Positions 8,536-18,246 of a DNA stretch of 64,000 nt are shown here, piece by piece. The notes under the pieces are model-generated. The model did not search any database. It was not told the origin of the DNA and saw only the letters and a list, made by a program, of their open reading frames with translations. The stretch is from IMG/VR virus record IMGVR_UViG_3300045747_000505; one strand, given 5' to 3'. Every line of letters starts with the position of its first letter. The stretch's first letter is position 1. Source of the stretch: a virus (lineage: Duplodnaviria > Caudoviricetes). The translations under genes were made by a program, and so were the position numbers.

Positions 8536-10116
8536 ATGTCAGTCAATCGCTTCGCTCGCCTTTCCCTCGTCGCCTCGGCCGTTTGCGTCCTGGCCGCGTG
8601 TGGTGGTGGCGGTGACGGTGGCTCGACGAGTTCCTCACCCGCTCCTGTCGGCAACGCCCCTGTGTCCAACGCGCCGGTCGTCGATAGTCCCGTGTCCAAC
8701 CCGCCTGTTGTCGCTGGCCCCACCCTCTTCAAGCTTCGTCTCAACGGCGTCGCCTTCACCAGCCGCGACACCCTCGTCAAGACCACCAGCGCCCCCACGG
8801 TAGCCGCCGCCAGCACCCGCGCCCACGCCATGGGCGTCGACAAGGACCTGCCCGAGCTGGAAGGTGCCGAACACGACTTCACGAACACCGTTCGCGAAGG
8901 TCTGCTCTCTGGCCTTGGAACTTCGCTCGTCGACGTCGACGGCAAGGAAGTTCCGTGCAAGCTGAGCAAGGCCAACATCGAGGTCACCAACCTCTTCACG
9001 ATGAACTACGCCACGGGCGACATGATCGCCACGATTCTGGCGCCGAGTCAGGTCAATCTGATCACTCGCAACGAAGTCACCAAGTGCCACGTCTCCTACG
9101 AGCAGCACGACTACGTCATCACTGGCGCTGGCAAGGTCATCAAGGCCGACGAGCTCCGAATCTACGACATCAAGGATGTGCTGGCCGCTCACGACGACGC
9201 CTTCAACACCTCCGGCTCCGCCGTGCTGTACTACAACGACTTCATGTACCGCACGCTCGAGGTCACGGCCGACACCGCTCAACTCGTCGATCTGACCCAA
9301 GCCAACGCTCCGATCCTCACCGAGCGTGGCCGAGTCGTCTACGACGGCACGTACCTCATCGGTCAAGCTGCCTTCATCGAAGGCAAGTTCTACCCGCGCG
9401 ACGACACGACTCACGGCTCGCTCATCGTCTACCAACGCAACTCCGCCAAGTTCGGCATCATCTGGGCCAACACCAGCCGCCACTACGGCCTCTTCATCGG
9501 CACCGATGGCAAGACCTATCTGAACGAAGGCCGCACCGGCTCTGGTGATGGTCCCGAGTTCGACGGCATGCACACGCTGGACCCAGCCGGTCTGATGGCT
9601 GGAACCTCCAACGGTCGTGGCCCGGTCTTCATGCCGCCTGAGCTGACGATGCCCGACGGTGGCTGGGACTACACCAGCGAGGTCGCGCTGCTGCCCGAGG
9701 TTGCTCCCGGCCCCATCGGTGGTCGAGTTGGTGAGTGGGTCATCGGCAACAACTGCCAACCGTGGAACATGCGCACTGGCCAGACCGCGAAGGTGATGAC
9801 TCAGCCCACTTGGACTCAGCCGAACTACGCTCGCGTCATCGACGGCAAGCTGCTCTGCGTCTCGAACGGCAGCAACGAGTTCGTTCAGCATGACCTGATC
9901 ACGAACCAAGCCTCGAAGATCAATCTGGGCGACAAGGGCTACATGGTCGGCAAGTACAAGATGTACGCTGACCGTGCGATGGTCGAGGTCCTCGACACGC
10001 AAACCGCCGACCGCAAGTACGTCAACGTCGACTTCAGGACCGGCACCGTCAAGAACCTCGGTGTGATCAGCGGCGATTCACGCAAGGTCGTCGACCTCCT
10101 CTCTGCTGGCAACTGA
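8536..10116 (+). CDS. Large lipoprotein (526 aa), probably beta-propeller-like
   Basis: Signal peptide with lipobox LAAC then GGGG linker; CCGGAG RBS; P/S-rich linker followed by a beta-rich domain. Confidence 0.8.
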   Translation: MSVNRFARLSLVASAVCVLAACGGGGDGGSTSSSPAPVGNAPVSNAPVVDSPVSNPPVVAGPTLFKLRLNGVAFTSRDTLVKTTSAPTVAAASTRAHAMGVDKDLPELEGAEHDFTNTVREGLLSGLGTSLVDVDGKEVPCKLSKANIEVTNLFTMNYATGDMIATILAPSQVNLITRNEVTKCHVSYEQHDYVITGAGKVIKADELRIYDIKDVLAAHDDAFNTSGSAVLYYNDFMYRTLEVTADTAQLVDLTQANAPILTERGRVVYDGTYLIGQAAFIEGKFYPRDDTTHGSLIVYQRNSAKFGIIWANTSRHYGLFIGTDGKTYLNEGRTGSGDGPEFDGMHTLDPAGLMAGTSNGRGPVFMPPELTMPDGGWDYTSEVALLPEVAPGPIGGRVGEWVIGNNCQPWNMRTGQTAKVMTQPTWTQPNYARVIDGKLLCVSNGSNEFVQHDLITNQASKINLGDKGYMVGKYKMYADRAMVEVLDTQTADRKYVNVDFRTGTVKNLGVISGDSRKVVDLLSAGN

Positions 10117-10237
10117 CCATCGTAAGGTGTAACAGAGACGAAAAACTGTTACACCTTCGAACCAACAGCTGAACCAAAAAGAGGATATAGTAACACTTGT
10201 CGAAAGGCTCGTCTCAACAACCTCACCGGAGCTCACC

Positions 10238-10975
10238 ATGTCTGCCACCCTTCGCCTTGCCATTGTCGCCTCAGCCGTTCTCGCCCTGTCCGCTTGCGGA
10301 GGTGGCGGCAGCGGTTCGACGGCTTCTTCAGCCCCCACAGTCGTGGCGCTGAGCGACGTCACTGGCGTCTACACCAGCGGCGATGACACGGTCATCCTCG
10401 CGTCCGACAACACCTACTGGAGCGTTGGCCAAGTGGTTGACACCGGCGGCTTCTCCGTGGATGCTGCCGGTCGCTTCGAGAGCTGGAACTACAACGTTGG
10501 TGATGGTAGCTGGCAACCAGCCGGCACGGTCAGCGCCAGCGGTCTGACGTACACCAAGAGCGGTGAATCCTTCACTCGCGTTCCGAGCAACAGCGCCGTG
10601 TCTGGCGCCATCGGCAACCTTGTCCCGGCAACATACCCGCTGACCGGCGCGATGTTCAACTCGGCCGTCGTCGACACTGGAGCGGTCTATCTGGTTGTGG
10701 CCGGTAACGACTTCATTCACGGCAACATGGGTGGCTGTGGCTTCACCGGCACCGTGAAGAACACTGGCCGTGGCTACTCCAGCGTCGTCATCAAGATGGC
10801 TGGTGTTGATCTGAACAATCCCGATGCTTGCATCTTCCCGAGCGCACGGTTCGAGGGAGTTGCCTCCTTCAACATCACGACCGGCAAGTTCACCTTCATC
10901 ACGCGGAACCTGTCTGCCCCGAACGCCATCTTCTTCGCCGAAACCCCCAAGGGTCCAGTCGACCCGACCCTGTAA
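10238..10975 (+). CDS. Lipoprotein (245 aa)
   Basis: Lipobox LSAC-GGGGS; leader duplicated from the upstream lipoprotein gene. Confidence 0.8.
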   Translation: MSATLRLAIVASAVLALSACGGGGSGSTASSAPTVVALSDVTGVYTSGDDTVILASDNTYWSVGQVVDTGGFSVDAAGRFESWNYNVGDGSWQPAGTVSASGLTYTKSGESFTRVPSNSAVSGAIGNLVPATYPLTGAMFNSAVVDTGAVYLVVAGNDFIHGNMGGCGFTGTVKNTGRGYSSVVIKMAGVDLNNPDACIFPSARFEGVASFNITTGKFTFITRNLSAPNAIFFAETPKGPVDPTL

Positions 10976-10988
10976 GCCTTCTTCGCCA

Positions 10989-11051
10989 GGTGTAACGATT
11001 TCAGGATCGTTACACCTTTCGGTTGTACGAAATCCCAGGATGATGTATAAT
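10989..11051 (+). promoter_or_regulatory. DNA ligase promoter with perfect 11-bp inverted repeat operator
   Basis: GGTGTAACGAT-N6-ATCGTTACACC, then TTGTAC-N17-TATAAT. Confidence 0.8.
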
Positions 11052-11078
11052 GGACACATCCACTCTTCGAACCTGATC

Positions 11079-12392
11079 ATGACCAACTTCGCACAAGTCA
11101 TTCAAGCCTGCCAGGATGCCAACGGCGCCGGCTCCAAGGCCACCATCGCTGCAACCCTCGCCATGGCGGACAAGGACGCTCGTGACCTGATCATCGCTGC
11201 GATGAACCCTTACGCCACCTACGGCGTCAAGCAGTACGACATGCCGACGACCTGGCAAAAGCCCGGCTACTGTGGCGTTGGCCAGATGTTCGACCTGCTT
11301 CAAGCCCTCGAATCACGCTCGCTGACCGGCGATGCCGCCCGTGCTGCCGTGACCGCCAACCTGGCTCTGTTCGATGAGACGCTCGGCACCATGCTGACGC
11401 GAGTGCTGGACAAGGACCTTCGCGCCGGCTTCAGCGCTTCGACCGCCAACAAGGCCTGGGAGAAGGCTGGCTTCGAGGAGCGCGTTCCCGAGTTCGACGT
11501 GATGCTCGCCGACAAGTGCGAGGACACCGCCGACTTCGAACGGTACGTCACGTTCCCGTGCCAAGCGGACTGGAAGTACGACGGTCAGCGCACCATCTGC
11601 ATCGTCCGTCAAGGTCAGCCGGTCGAGTACCGCTCGCGCCCTGGCCTGATCATGGAACATCTGGCTGGCATCTACGACGCTGACCTGATGAACATTCGGT
11701 ACAACCTCGGCTACGACTTCGTCATGGACGGTGAATCGTTCGCCGGTGACTTCACCGAAACGATGAACGCCAAGAAGTCCGGCAACGACGCCGCCAAGGC
11801 TGCCCTTCGTCTTCGTGCCTTCTTTCTGATGCCGCTCACCGACTGGATGGCTCAGAAGACGACGATCACGATGCGTCAGAACCGTCTCGCCCTCGATTAC
11901 CTGATCACGCACGCAAACTGCAAGCGCATCGAGATCAGCAAGGGTCGCGAGGTCAAGGACTTTCAGGACATGACCGAGTACTGCAACCACGTCATCGACG
12001 TCGAGAAGCAGGAAGGTCTGATTCTGAAGGAGTGGGACGCCGTCTACACGTGGGACCGCTCGTTCGCCTGGACCAAGGTCAAGCGCTTCTACGACGTCGA
12101 TGCTCGCTTCATCTCGTTCTACCCCGGCAAGCCGAAGTCGCGCCTCGCCAACACGGTCGGCGGTGCCAAGTGCGTCGCCTTTCTGGAAAGCGGTGAGCGC
12201 GTCGAGTTCGACGTCGGCTCTGGCTTCAGCGACAAGCAGCGCGACGACATGCGCGACAACCCCGCCAAGTGGCTCGCCGCGACGCACGTCATCAAGTATC
12301 AAGACGTCTCGCGCTCGAAGAACAAGACGGTCGCCTCCCTTCGCTTCTGCACGTACCAACACAGCCGCGACGACAAGCTCGTCGAGATCTGA
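11079..12392 (+). CDS. lig: ATP-dependent DNA ligase
   Basis: Motif I KYDG, motif III DGE, motif IV EGLILK, motif V KVK, OB-fold VGSGFS. Confidence 0.95.
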   Translation: MTNFAQVIQACQDANGAGSKATIAATLAMADKDARDLIIAAMNPYATYGVKQYDMPTTWQKPGYCGVGQMFDLLQALESRSLTGDAARAAVTANLALFDETLGTMLTRVLDKDLRAGFSASTANKAWEKAGFEERVPEFDVMLADKCEDTADFERYVTFPCQADWKYDGQRTICIVRQGQPVEYRSRPGLIMEHLAGIYDADLMNIRYNLGYDFVMDGESFAGDFTETMNAKKSGNDAAKAALRLRAFFLMPLTDWMAQKTTITMRQNRLALDYLITHANCKRIEISKGREVKDFQDMTEYCNHVIDVEKQEGLILKEWDAVYTWDRSFAWTKVKRFYDVDARFISFYPGKPKSRLANTVGGAKCVAFLESGERVEFDVGSGFSDKQRDDMRDNPAKWLAATHVIKYQDVSRSKNKTVASLRFCTYQHSRDDKLVEI

Positions 12393-12412
12393 ACCGTCAA
12401 GGAATCCCCATC

Positions 12413-12574
12413 ATGATCCACTTCCATCGCATCAACAAGCTTCGTCACGAATCGTTTCTCAAGAACGGTCCTGGCAGCTCCGACTGGTCCAAGGACGAGA
12501 AGGTCCTTGCCGGCGTGGCTGCGGTGCTCGTCGCGATTCTGGTTGTCAGCATTCTCGTTCGCTACTTCAGGTAA
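12413..12574 (+). CDS. Small membrane protein
   Basis: AAGGA RBS; C-terminal TM segment. Confidence 0.6.
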   Translation: MIHFHRINKLRHESFLKNGPGSSDWSKDEKVLAGVAAVLVAILVVSILVRYFR

Positions 12575-12580
12575 ATCATC

Positions 12581-12778
12581 ATGAGCTTCAACATTCACTG
12601 GTCTGAAAACGCCGCGTGGTCCATCTGTCTCTCGACAATGTTCCTCGCCATCATGGGTGCCATCGGCGCCATTGCCTGGGGCAGCGCCACCAAGGTGACC
12701 GAGTGCCACAAGGCACAAGCTGCTGCCTTCGCCTCGTCCAACCCCGATGCCCTTACGAAGGTCCCGCTCTGCCCATGA
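12581..12778 (+). CDS. Small membrane protein
   Basis: N-terminal TM segment, coupled ORF. Confidence 0.6.
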   Translation: MSFNIHWSENAAWSICLSTMFLAIMGAIGAIAWGSATKVTECHKAQAAAFASSNPDALTKVPLCP

Positions 12779-13035
12779 CCGACGCCGTCGTCGTCTATGA
12801 CATGATCACGACGCGCGAGCGGGCGTGCATCATGATGCGCAAGCTGGCGCTGAAGAAGCACGCCAAGCTCGGCTTCTCCTACGAGCTGCGTGATCTCGAC
12901 CTCGAGTTCACCGGCAAGTTCTCGCATCCGATCGAGATCGCCGCTGAAAAGGCAGGCGTTCGCGTCGATGGTGAGGTCGTTGGCGGTGGCGATGCAGTGC
13001 GCTTCATTGTGCGTCGGGCGATCGCTCGGGCATAA
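12775..13035 (+). CDS. Hypothetical protein
   Basis: ATGA overlap; phage codon usage. Confidence 0.6.
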   Translation: MTDAVVVYDMITTRERACIMMRKLALKKHAKLGFSYELRDLDLEFTGKFSHPIEIAAEKAGVRVDGEVVGGGDAVRFIVRRAIARA

Positions 13036-13238
13036 ATACAACGATGAACTACTGGGTGTCCCTTGAAGCTGTACGACTTTTCTGCTTACGCTCACCGAAG
13101 AGCGGAGCGCCACGCTGCTGAAGCGGTGGCACGAGTCGTGGCGACCGTCGAGCAGCCCTGCTCAGTCGTCGAGCTCAAGACCAAGGTCAACGAGTGGTTT
13201 CGTCTTCACAACGAGGTGCTTCGTCAAGCACACAACTA

Positions 13239-14087
13239 ATGCTCATTCGACTTCACTCTGATCTTCACCTCGAAGGTTTCTACGGGCGCGACGCCGAGAC
13301 GCTCGCTCTCGACTTCATTCCACCAGACTTCCGTGATGCTGAAGCGATGCTGGTGCTGGCTGGCGACATCTCGTCGCACGGCCCGCAGGTGCTCGACTTC
13401 ATCGAGGTCTGCCGTCAACGGTTCAAGTACGTGCTGTACATTCCAGGCAACCACGAGTACTACCGGCACAACTACGACACGTACGGCGTGACGCTCGACC
13501 ACGAGCTCATCGCTCGCTACGGCGAGGCCAGCGCTCAAGTGTTCTGGGCGATCAACTGTGTGACGTGCACCGACATCGACGGTGTGCGCTTCGTCTACGG
13601 CACGCTGTGGGGTGATGGTGGTCCGACGATCGCCGACCAAGCCAAGACCGGCTGGTTTCTCAATGACTTCCGCCTCATCAAGCGACGGTTCAGCGATGCC
13701 GACGGTTCGACGCGCGATCGCCTCCTCACCGTGGCTGACATGATCAAGATCTACAAGGAGCACCGCGACACCATCGACACCTTTCTGCGGCTTGAGGATG
13801 GTCCAGAGAAGAGCGTCGTGGTCACTCACCACCTGCCGAGTCGTCGTCTCGTGTCGCCCCGCTTCCGTGAGAAGGACGGCAGCGACGGAGCGAACGGTGG
13901 GTTCGTCGGTGACTGCGAGTTCATTCTCGCCTACGACCACGCGCCGGACCTCTGGCTGCACGGTCACACGCACGACTTCATCGACACAAAGTTGTGGAAT
14001 ACCCGCGTCGTCTGCAACCCAACTGGGTATCGTGGCGAGTGGGACAATGGTCTGTCCGGAACGAATAACTTCTTCATCGAGGTGTAA
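13239..14087 (+). CDS. Calcineurin-like metallophosphoesterase
   Basis: SDLH, AGDI, PGNHEYY, THHLP and HGHTH motifs. Confidence 0.92.
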   Translation: MLIRLHSDLHLEGFYGRDAETLALDFIPPDFRDAEAMLVLAGDISSHGPQVLDFIEVCRQRFKYVLYIPGNHEYYRHNYDTYGVTLDHELIARYGEASAQVFWAINCVTCTDIDGVRFVYGTLWGDGGPTIADQAKTGWFLNDFRLIKRRFSDADGSTRDRLLTVADMIKIYKEHRDTIDTFLRLEDGPEKSVVVTHHLPSRRLVSPRFREKDGSDGANGGFVGDCEFILAYDHAPDLWLHGHTHDFIDTKLWNTRVVCNPTGYRGEWDNGLSGTNNFFIEV

Positions 14088-14088
14088 T

Positions 14089-14268
14089 GTGATTCAGATT
14101 TGGAAGCAACCTGAAATGCCGTTGTTCGACTTCGAGCCGATCGCCGATGACGTGCTGATTTGGTTTGATACTCAGCACAACGTCGAGTATATCTTCAACG
14201 TCACTCGTCAAATGTGGCTTTGGTGGTATTCGGGCTCCTCAATCGAAGAAGTAAAGTCAGTTGGCTGA
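14089..14268 (+). CDS. Small hypothetical protein
   Basis: Short ORF filling the gap; start uncertain. Confidence 0.4.
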   Translation: MIQIWKQPEMPLFDFEPIADDVLIWFDTQHNVEYIFNVTRQMWLWWYSGSSIEEVKSVG

Positions 14269-14656
14269 CATCATTCAATTCAGACCTCGCGTAGCGCCAC
14301 CAACATTTGCGGTGCTGCGCGAGCGTGCCGTCGAGGATATTACTTCTGATTGGGAGCGCTTCGCGCACGATAATCACCTCAACGATTACTTCATTCAAAG
14401 CGTTCCGCAGTGGACCGAAATCGGTCGCAATTACCTGGGCGATTTGAATTTGATTAGCGTCGTCGAGCAGAAGGTCAAGCTCGACCTGCAAATTACAGCA
14501 CCCTCCTACGACGGCGAGCGTCTCGGCTGGACGGCGTCCTTTGGGCTTTTCGAGTACGGTCTGACTGTCACTCCACCGATGGTCTTCGAAACGTACGCTC
14601 GCTGTTTTGCCGTGCTGCTCTTCCTTCGGTTGAAGCGTGACCTGTTGAAGTTGTAA
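14261..14656 (+). CDS. Hypothetical protein
   Basis: TTG start, MADIIQF N-terminus. Confidence 0.65.
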   Translation: MADIIQFRPRVAPPTFAVLRERAVEDITSDWERFAHDNHLNDYFIQSVPQWTEIGRNYLGDLNLISVVEQKVKLDLQITAPSYDGERLGWTASFGLFEYGLTVTPPMVFETYARCFAVLLFLRLKRDLLKL

Positions 14657-14726
14657 CAACCCAACTTCGTTACACCTGGATTGCAGGTTCGGTGTATAAT
14701 GGCTCAACGCCTACCGGAACCCAATC

Positions 14727-14930
14727 ATGTCCCCCACCACCTTCGTCTACACCTTCATCGTCTACGCGCTGGTCTACGAAATCGTCGCTGCCGACGATGA
14801 CAGCGCGCAGCGCGCCGCGAGCATCAAGCTCCTTCAGGACAAGATCACCGACCCCGGCTCCGCCTACTACTGGGAGCGGGACGAGGACAGCCCCGAGGTC
14901 TTCCGCTTCATCGAACGCTTTGTGGAGTGA
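14727..14930 (+). CDS. Hypothetical protein
   Basis: CCGGA RBS after TATAAT promoter. Confidence 0.65.
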   Translation: MSPTTFVYTFIVYALVYEIVAADDDSAQRAASIKLLQDKITDPGSAYYWERDEDSPEVFRFIERFVE

Positions 14931-14932
14931 TC

Positions 14933-15097
14933 ATGCACTACACTCACAACTTCCCGCACGAAATCGTCTGGCTCGAAGCTCGCATCGCCGAGCTCGAAAC
15001 CATGCTTGGTCGCAAGCCGAGCGTGAGCCGCCAGATCACCGACCTCAAGCGTCAGATCCGCGAACGCGAACTGGCTCTCACCTTTCACGGATTCTGA
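14933..15097 (+). CDS. Small coiled-coil protein (54 aa)
   Basis: GGAG RBS; MHYTHNFPHEIVWLEARIAELE... Confidence 0.55.
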   Translation: MHYTHNFPHEIVWLEARIAELETMLGRKPSVSRQITDLKRQIRERELALTFHGF

Positions 15098-15098
15098 A

Positions 15099-15266
15099 AT
15101 GAAAAATCGCTTCACCAAGGACTACGGCCGCTACACCATCTTCGGCTGTGGCGTCATCACGCTCCGCTCGCAGCACGCGATCGACACGTGCCTGGACTAC
15201 GGATTTCCGATCCACACGCTCTTCGGCCGCAAGTTCGGTTTCTCCATCTTCCACGTGGCGAAGTGA
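15099..15266 (+). CDS. Small hypothetical protein (55 aa)
   Basis: Tightly packed ORF MKNRFTKDYG... Confidence 0.5.
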   Translation: MKNRFTKDYGRYTIFGCGVITLRSQHAIDTCLDYGFPIHTLFGRKFGFSIFHVAK

Positions 15267-15268
15267 CC

Positions 15269-15823
15269 ATGCTCACCTACTTCAAAGAGGTCGACCTCGA
15301 CGAGGGCTTCGCCGTCCTCGGCCTGCCCAAGAGCCAGCGCCTCATCGGCGGCAGAACGTTCGACCCTGCCGCCGGCAAGGAGCTCTACCTTGCCATGCTG
15401 CTCGCTGACCAACCCCTTCGGTGCTGGCAGTGCGGTCTGCTGGCGAACTGCTTCATTCTGAACCGTGGCAAGAACGACCACGTGCGTCGTCCGGTTCTCG
15501 ACCTTTACAGCAAGAACAACGGCGTTTACACGCTGATGACTCGGGATCACATCATCCCGAAGTCGCGTGGAGGCACGAACGATGTCGCCAACCTGCGCGT
15601 CGGCTGCGGTCCGTGCAACCACTCACGTGGCAACTACATGACCGAGGAAGAGGTCGCCTTTCGCGACGCCAACCCGCACCTCTGGAAGCCCGAGCTCGAC
15701 AAGGGTGAGACGGTGCTGGCGCCGAAGATGACGCCAGCTCAGAAGCGTCGTCGGTGCCGTCGTCGCAAGAGCAAGTCGACCTTCCCGAGCCGCGTTACAA
15801 CCTGCGCTCTGGCCTTGGCGTGA
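15269..15823 (+). CDS. HNH endonuclease family protein
   Basis: CWQC and DHIIPKSRGGTNDVANLRVGCGPCNHSRGN. Confidence 0.88.
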   Translation: MLTYFKEVDLDEGFAVLGLPKSQRLIGGRTFDPAAGKELYLAMLLADQPLRCWQCGLLANCFILNRGKNDHVRRPVLDLYSKNNGVYTLMTRDHIIPKSRGGTNDVANLRVGCGPCNHSRGNYMTEEEVAFRDANPHLWKPELDKGETVLAPKMTPAQKRRRCRRRKSKSTFPSRVTTCALALA

Positions 15824-16101
15824 CCAAGTTCACCGAAGCTGAACAAGCCGCGCTTGATTGGCTTGTTTACGAAGGCGGCAGCATGCTCGTCTCGAAGATC
15901 CCTGACCGAAACGAGGTCGATGGCGTCTTTCGTAACATCACGCCCGGCCTGCCGGTGTTTCGCAAGCTCGAGAAGCGTGGCCTCCTCTACTTCACCGAGG
16001 GTGAAGAGCTCAAGCTGGACGATGGTTCAATTTTTCAATTTACGCCGGACGTCTACCTCGTAACAGATCCGTCAGGATGTTACACCTTTCAAGTAGCCTG
16101 A
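15820..16101 (+). CDS. Hypothetical protein (winged-helix-like)
   Basis: GTGA overlap; FRKLEKRGLLY. Confidence 0.55.
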   Translation: MTKFTEAEQAALDWLVYEGGSMLVSKIPDRNEVDGVFRNITPGLPVFRKLEKRGLLYFTEGEELKLDDGSIFQFTPDVYLVTDPSGCYTFQVA

Positions 16102-16128
16102 ACCGCCTTTTCGTGATAGAATGACATC

Positions 16129-17538
16129 ATGCAAACGGAGATCACAATGACTGATGCACTCAATGCCCAACTCGCCGACGCGCTCACCACGCTCGGCGCC
16201 GCCATGGAAGAACGCAACCTTCGCCAACTGGTTAGCGTCCGCACCATCGACCGTCTCGAACCCATCGAAGGCGCCGACCTGATCGAGCTCGCCGTGATCG
16301 GTGGCTGGAAGGTCGTTGTCAAGCGTGGTGAGTTTCAACCGCTCGACCAGTGCGTCTACTTCGAGATCGACTGCTTCCTCCCCGATGGCAATCCGGCCTG
16401 GCAATTCCTGGTCGACAAGTCCAGCCGCCTGTTTCAAGGCGTCAAGGGTCACAAGTTGCGCACCATCAAGCTGCGCGGCCAGATCAGTCAGGGCCTGATC
16501 CTGCCGATCGACGCTCTGCCGGTCGTTGCCTACGTTGCGGCCACCGGCGCCGTTGGCCGCAAGCACCTCGGTGCCATGCTGACCGACGAAGTTCGCAACG
16601 AGGCTGACACGCTCTGCCAAGTCATCGGCATGAAGGACGACGAAGGTGTCGAGACCGAGGTCACCGACTTCGACTTCGCCAGCCTGCTCGGTGTCGTCAA
16701 GTGGGAAGCCGAGCTGCCCGCCTGCCTGGCTGGTCAAGCTCAAGGTCTGTTCCCGAGCTTCATTCGCAAGACCGATCAAGAGCGCTGCCAGAACCTGGTT
16801 GGCGAGATCTTCGGCTACGATGACCGGCTGGTTCCGTTCGACGTCACGCCGCTGATCCCTGAAGCGCTGGCTGCTCTGCAAGAGCAAGGCATTCTGAAGC
16901 AGGTCGATGGCGAGTGGTTCAAGCTCCTGAAGGCCAAGGCCGACCGTGACGCTCGCTACGAGATCACGATGAAGCTCGACGGCAGCAGCACGACGTTCTT
17001 CCACCGCGACGGCGAGGTCGGTGTTTGCAGCCGCAACCTGCAGCTCAAGATCAGCGAAGAGAACGCCGAGAACAGCTTCGTTCGCATGCTGTTCGACAGC
17101 GGCCTGAACTGGGCTCTGCCGACGCTCGGCAACGTCGCCATTCAAGGCGAGCTGATGGGTCCTGGCATTCAAGGCAACCGTGAGAACCTGAAGCAGTTCG
17201 AGTTCTTCGTGTTCGACGTGCAGCTGATCGACGAAGGTCGCTTCATGACCGCCGACGAACGGATGGCGCTGATGAACCAGCTGGCTCGAATTGGCGTCAA
17301 CATGGGCATCGTCCATCACGCTCCGGTGTTCGACGGCAAGAAGTTCGTCAGCGACTTCATCACGCCGACCTTCACGCTGGACGAGCTGGGCATCACCGAT
17401 GTCGCTGGACTGCTGAAGTTCGTCGAAGGTCCGAGCCTGAACCACGCCATCCGTGAAGGTGACGTCTTCAAGCGCGACGACGGCAAGTTCAGCTTCAAGG
17501 GAATCAACAACCTGTTCCTGGCCAAGGAGAAGGAATGA
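16129..17538 (+). CDS. RNA ligase (Rnl2/DRB0094-like) with N-terminal OB-type domain
   Basis: Motif I KLDGSS, QGELMGPGIQGN, FFVFD, EGDVFK, SFKGINNLFL. Confidence 0.92.
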   Translation: MQTEITMTDALNAQLADALTTLGAAMEERNLRQLVSVRTIDRLEPIEGADLIELAVIGGWKVVVKRGEFQPLDQCVYFEIDCFLPDGNPAWQFLVDKSSRLFQGVKGHKLRTIKLRGQISQGLILPIDALPVVAYVAATGAVGRKHLGAMLTDEVRNEADTLCQVIGMKDDEGVETEVTDFDFASLLGVVKWEAELPACLAGQAQGLFPSFIRKTDQERCQNLVGEIFGYDDRLVPFDVTPLIPEALAALQEQGILKQVDGEWFKLLKAKADRDARYEITMKLDGSSTTFFHRDGEVGVCSRNLQLKISEENAENSFVRMLFDSGLNWALPTLGNVAIQGELMGPGIQGNRENLKQFEFFVFDVQLIDEGRFMTADERMALMNQLARIGVNMGIVHHAPVFDGKKFVSDFITPTFTLDELGITDVAGLLKFVEGPSLNHAIREGDVFKRDDGKFSFKGINNLFLAKEKE

Positions 17539-17756
17539 CCACGACCAACCTCACCTTCGACGCTGTGTCGATGCTGAAGCTCCTGGCCAAGCAGATTCAG
17601 GCGGACATCGACTACGCCTACCCGCACAACGGCCTTGCCGGAGACCGGAGCAAGCATCTCTTCAACCCCGGCAAGGGCCACACGGCCCTCGTCTCCATTC
17701 AAGGCGAAGTGCGCGCCATGGAAGCCGTGCTCGACAACCTCAAGGAATCAACGTGA
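17535..17756 (+). CDS. Hypothetical protein
   Basis: AGGAG RBS, ATGA overlap. Confidence 0.6.
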   Translation: MTTTNLTFDAVSMLKLLAKQIQADIDYAYPHNGLAGDRSKHLFNPGKGHTALVSIQGEVRAMEAVLDNLKEST

Positions 17757-17965
17757 CCTGGCTCGCAGACGTCTCCAAGGATCGCCCGACCGGCGATGCG
17801 CTCGACAAGGTCATGGCTCAACGCGCCAAGCTGATCGCGCAAATCGAAGCCCTCAAGGCCTCGCCGTGTGGCAAGTCTCAGTCTGCCATCAACGGTCGCC
17901 TCGAGGACCTCACCGCGCTGGCCAAAAAGGTCACCGCTATTGATCGCAAGATCGGAAGAACATGA
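17753..17965 (+). CDS. Hypothetical coiled-coil protein
   Basis: AAGGA RBS, GTGA overlap. Confidence 0.55.
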   Translation: MTWLADVSKDRPTGDALDKVMAQRAKLIAQIEALKASPCGKSQSAINGRLEDLTALAKKVTAIDRKIGRT

Positions 17966-18243
17966 CCTCAGCTACTGACTTCGCATCGCTTGACCTGCTT
18001 GACCCACCAGCCGTTGTGGCTCGTGGCGCCGTGCTGCCAGGCGTGCCGAAGCCACCAGCAGCACGGCGCGCTGTACCGAAGGTTCAAGACCCGCGCTTCC
18101 CGCACATTCGGTTCCTCAAGAACGAAGGTTCGCTGCTGCGCGATTTGAACGACCGAATCGGGCCACAGGTCATCGCGTTCATTCCAACCGTCGCCATCAT
18201 GGGCGGTGTCGTCTTCGTCGCTCGTCACTTTCTATTCGGCTAG
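17962..18243 (+). CDS. Hypothetical membrane protein (ends in TAG)
   Basis: C-terminal TM; TAG is in frame with the next ATG. Confidence 0.6.
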   Translation: MTSATDFASLDLLDPPAVVARGAVLPGVPKPPAARRAVPKVQDPRFPHIRFLKNEGSLLRDLNDRIGPQVIAFIPTVAIMGGVVFVARHFLFG

Positions 18244-18246
18244 CCA

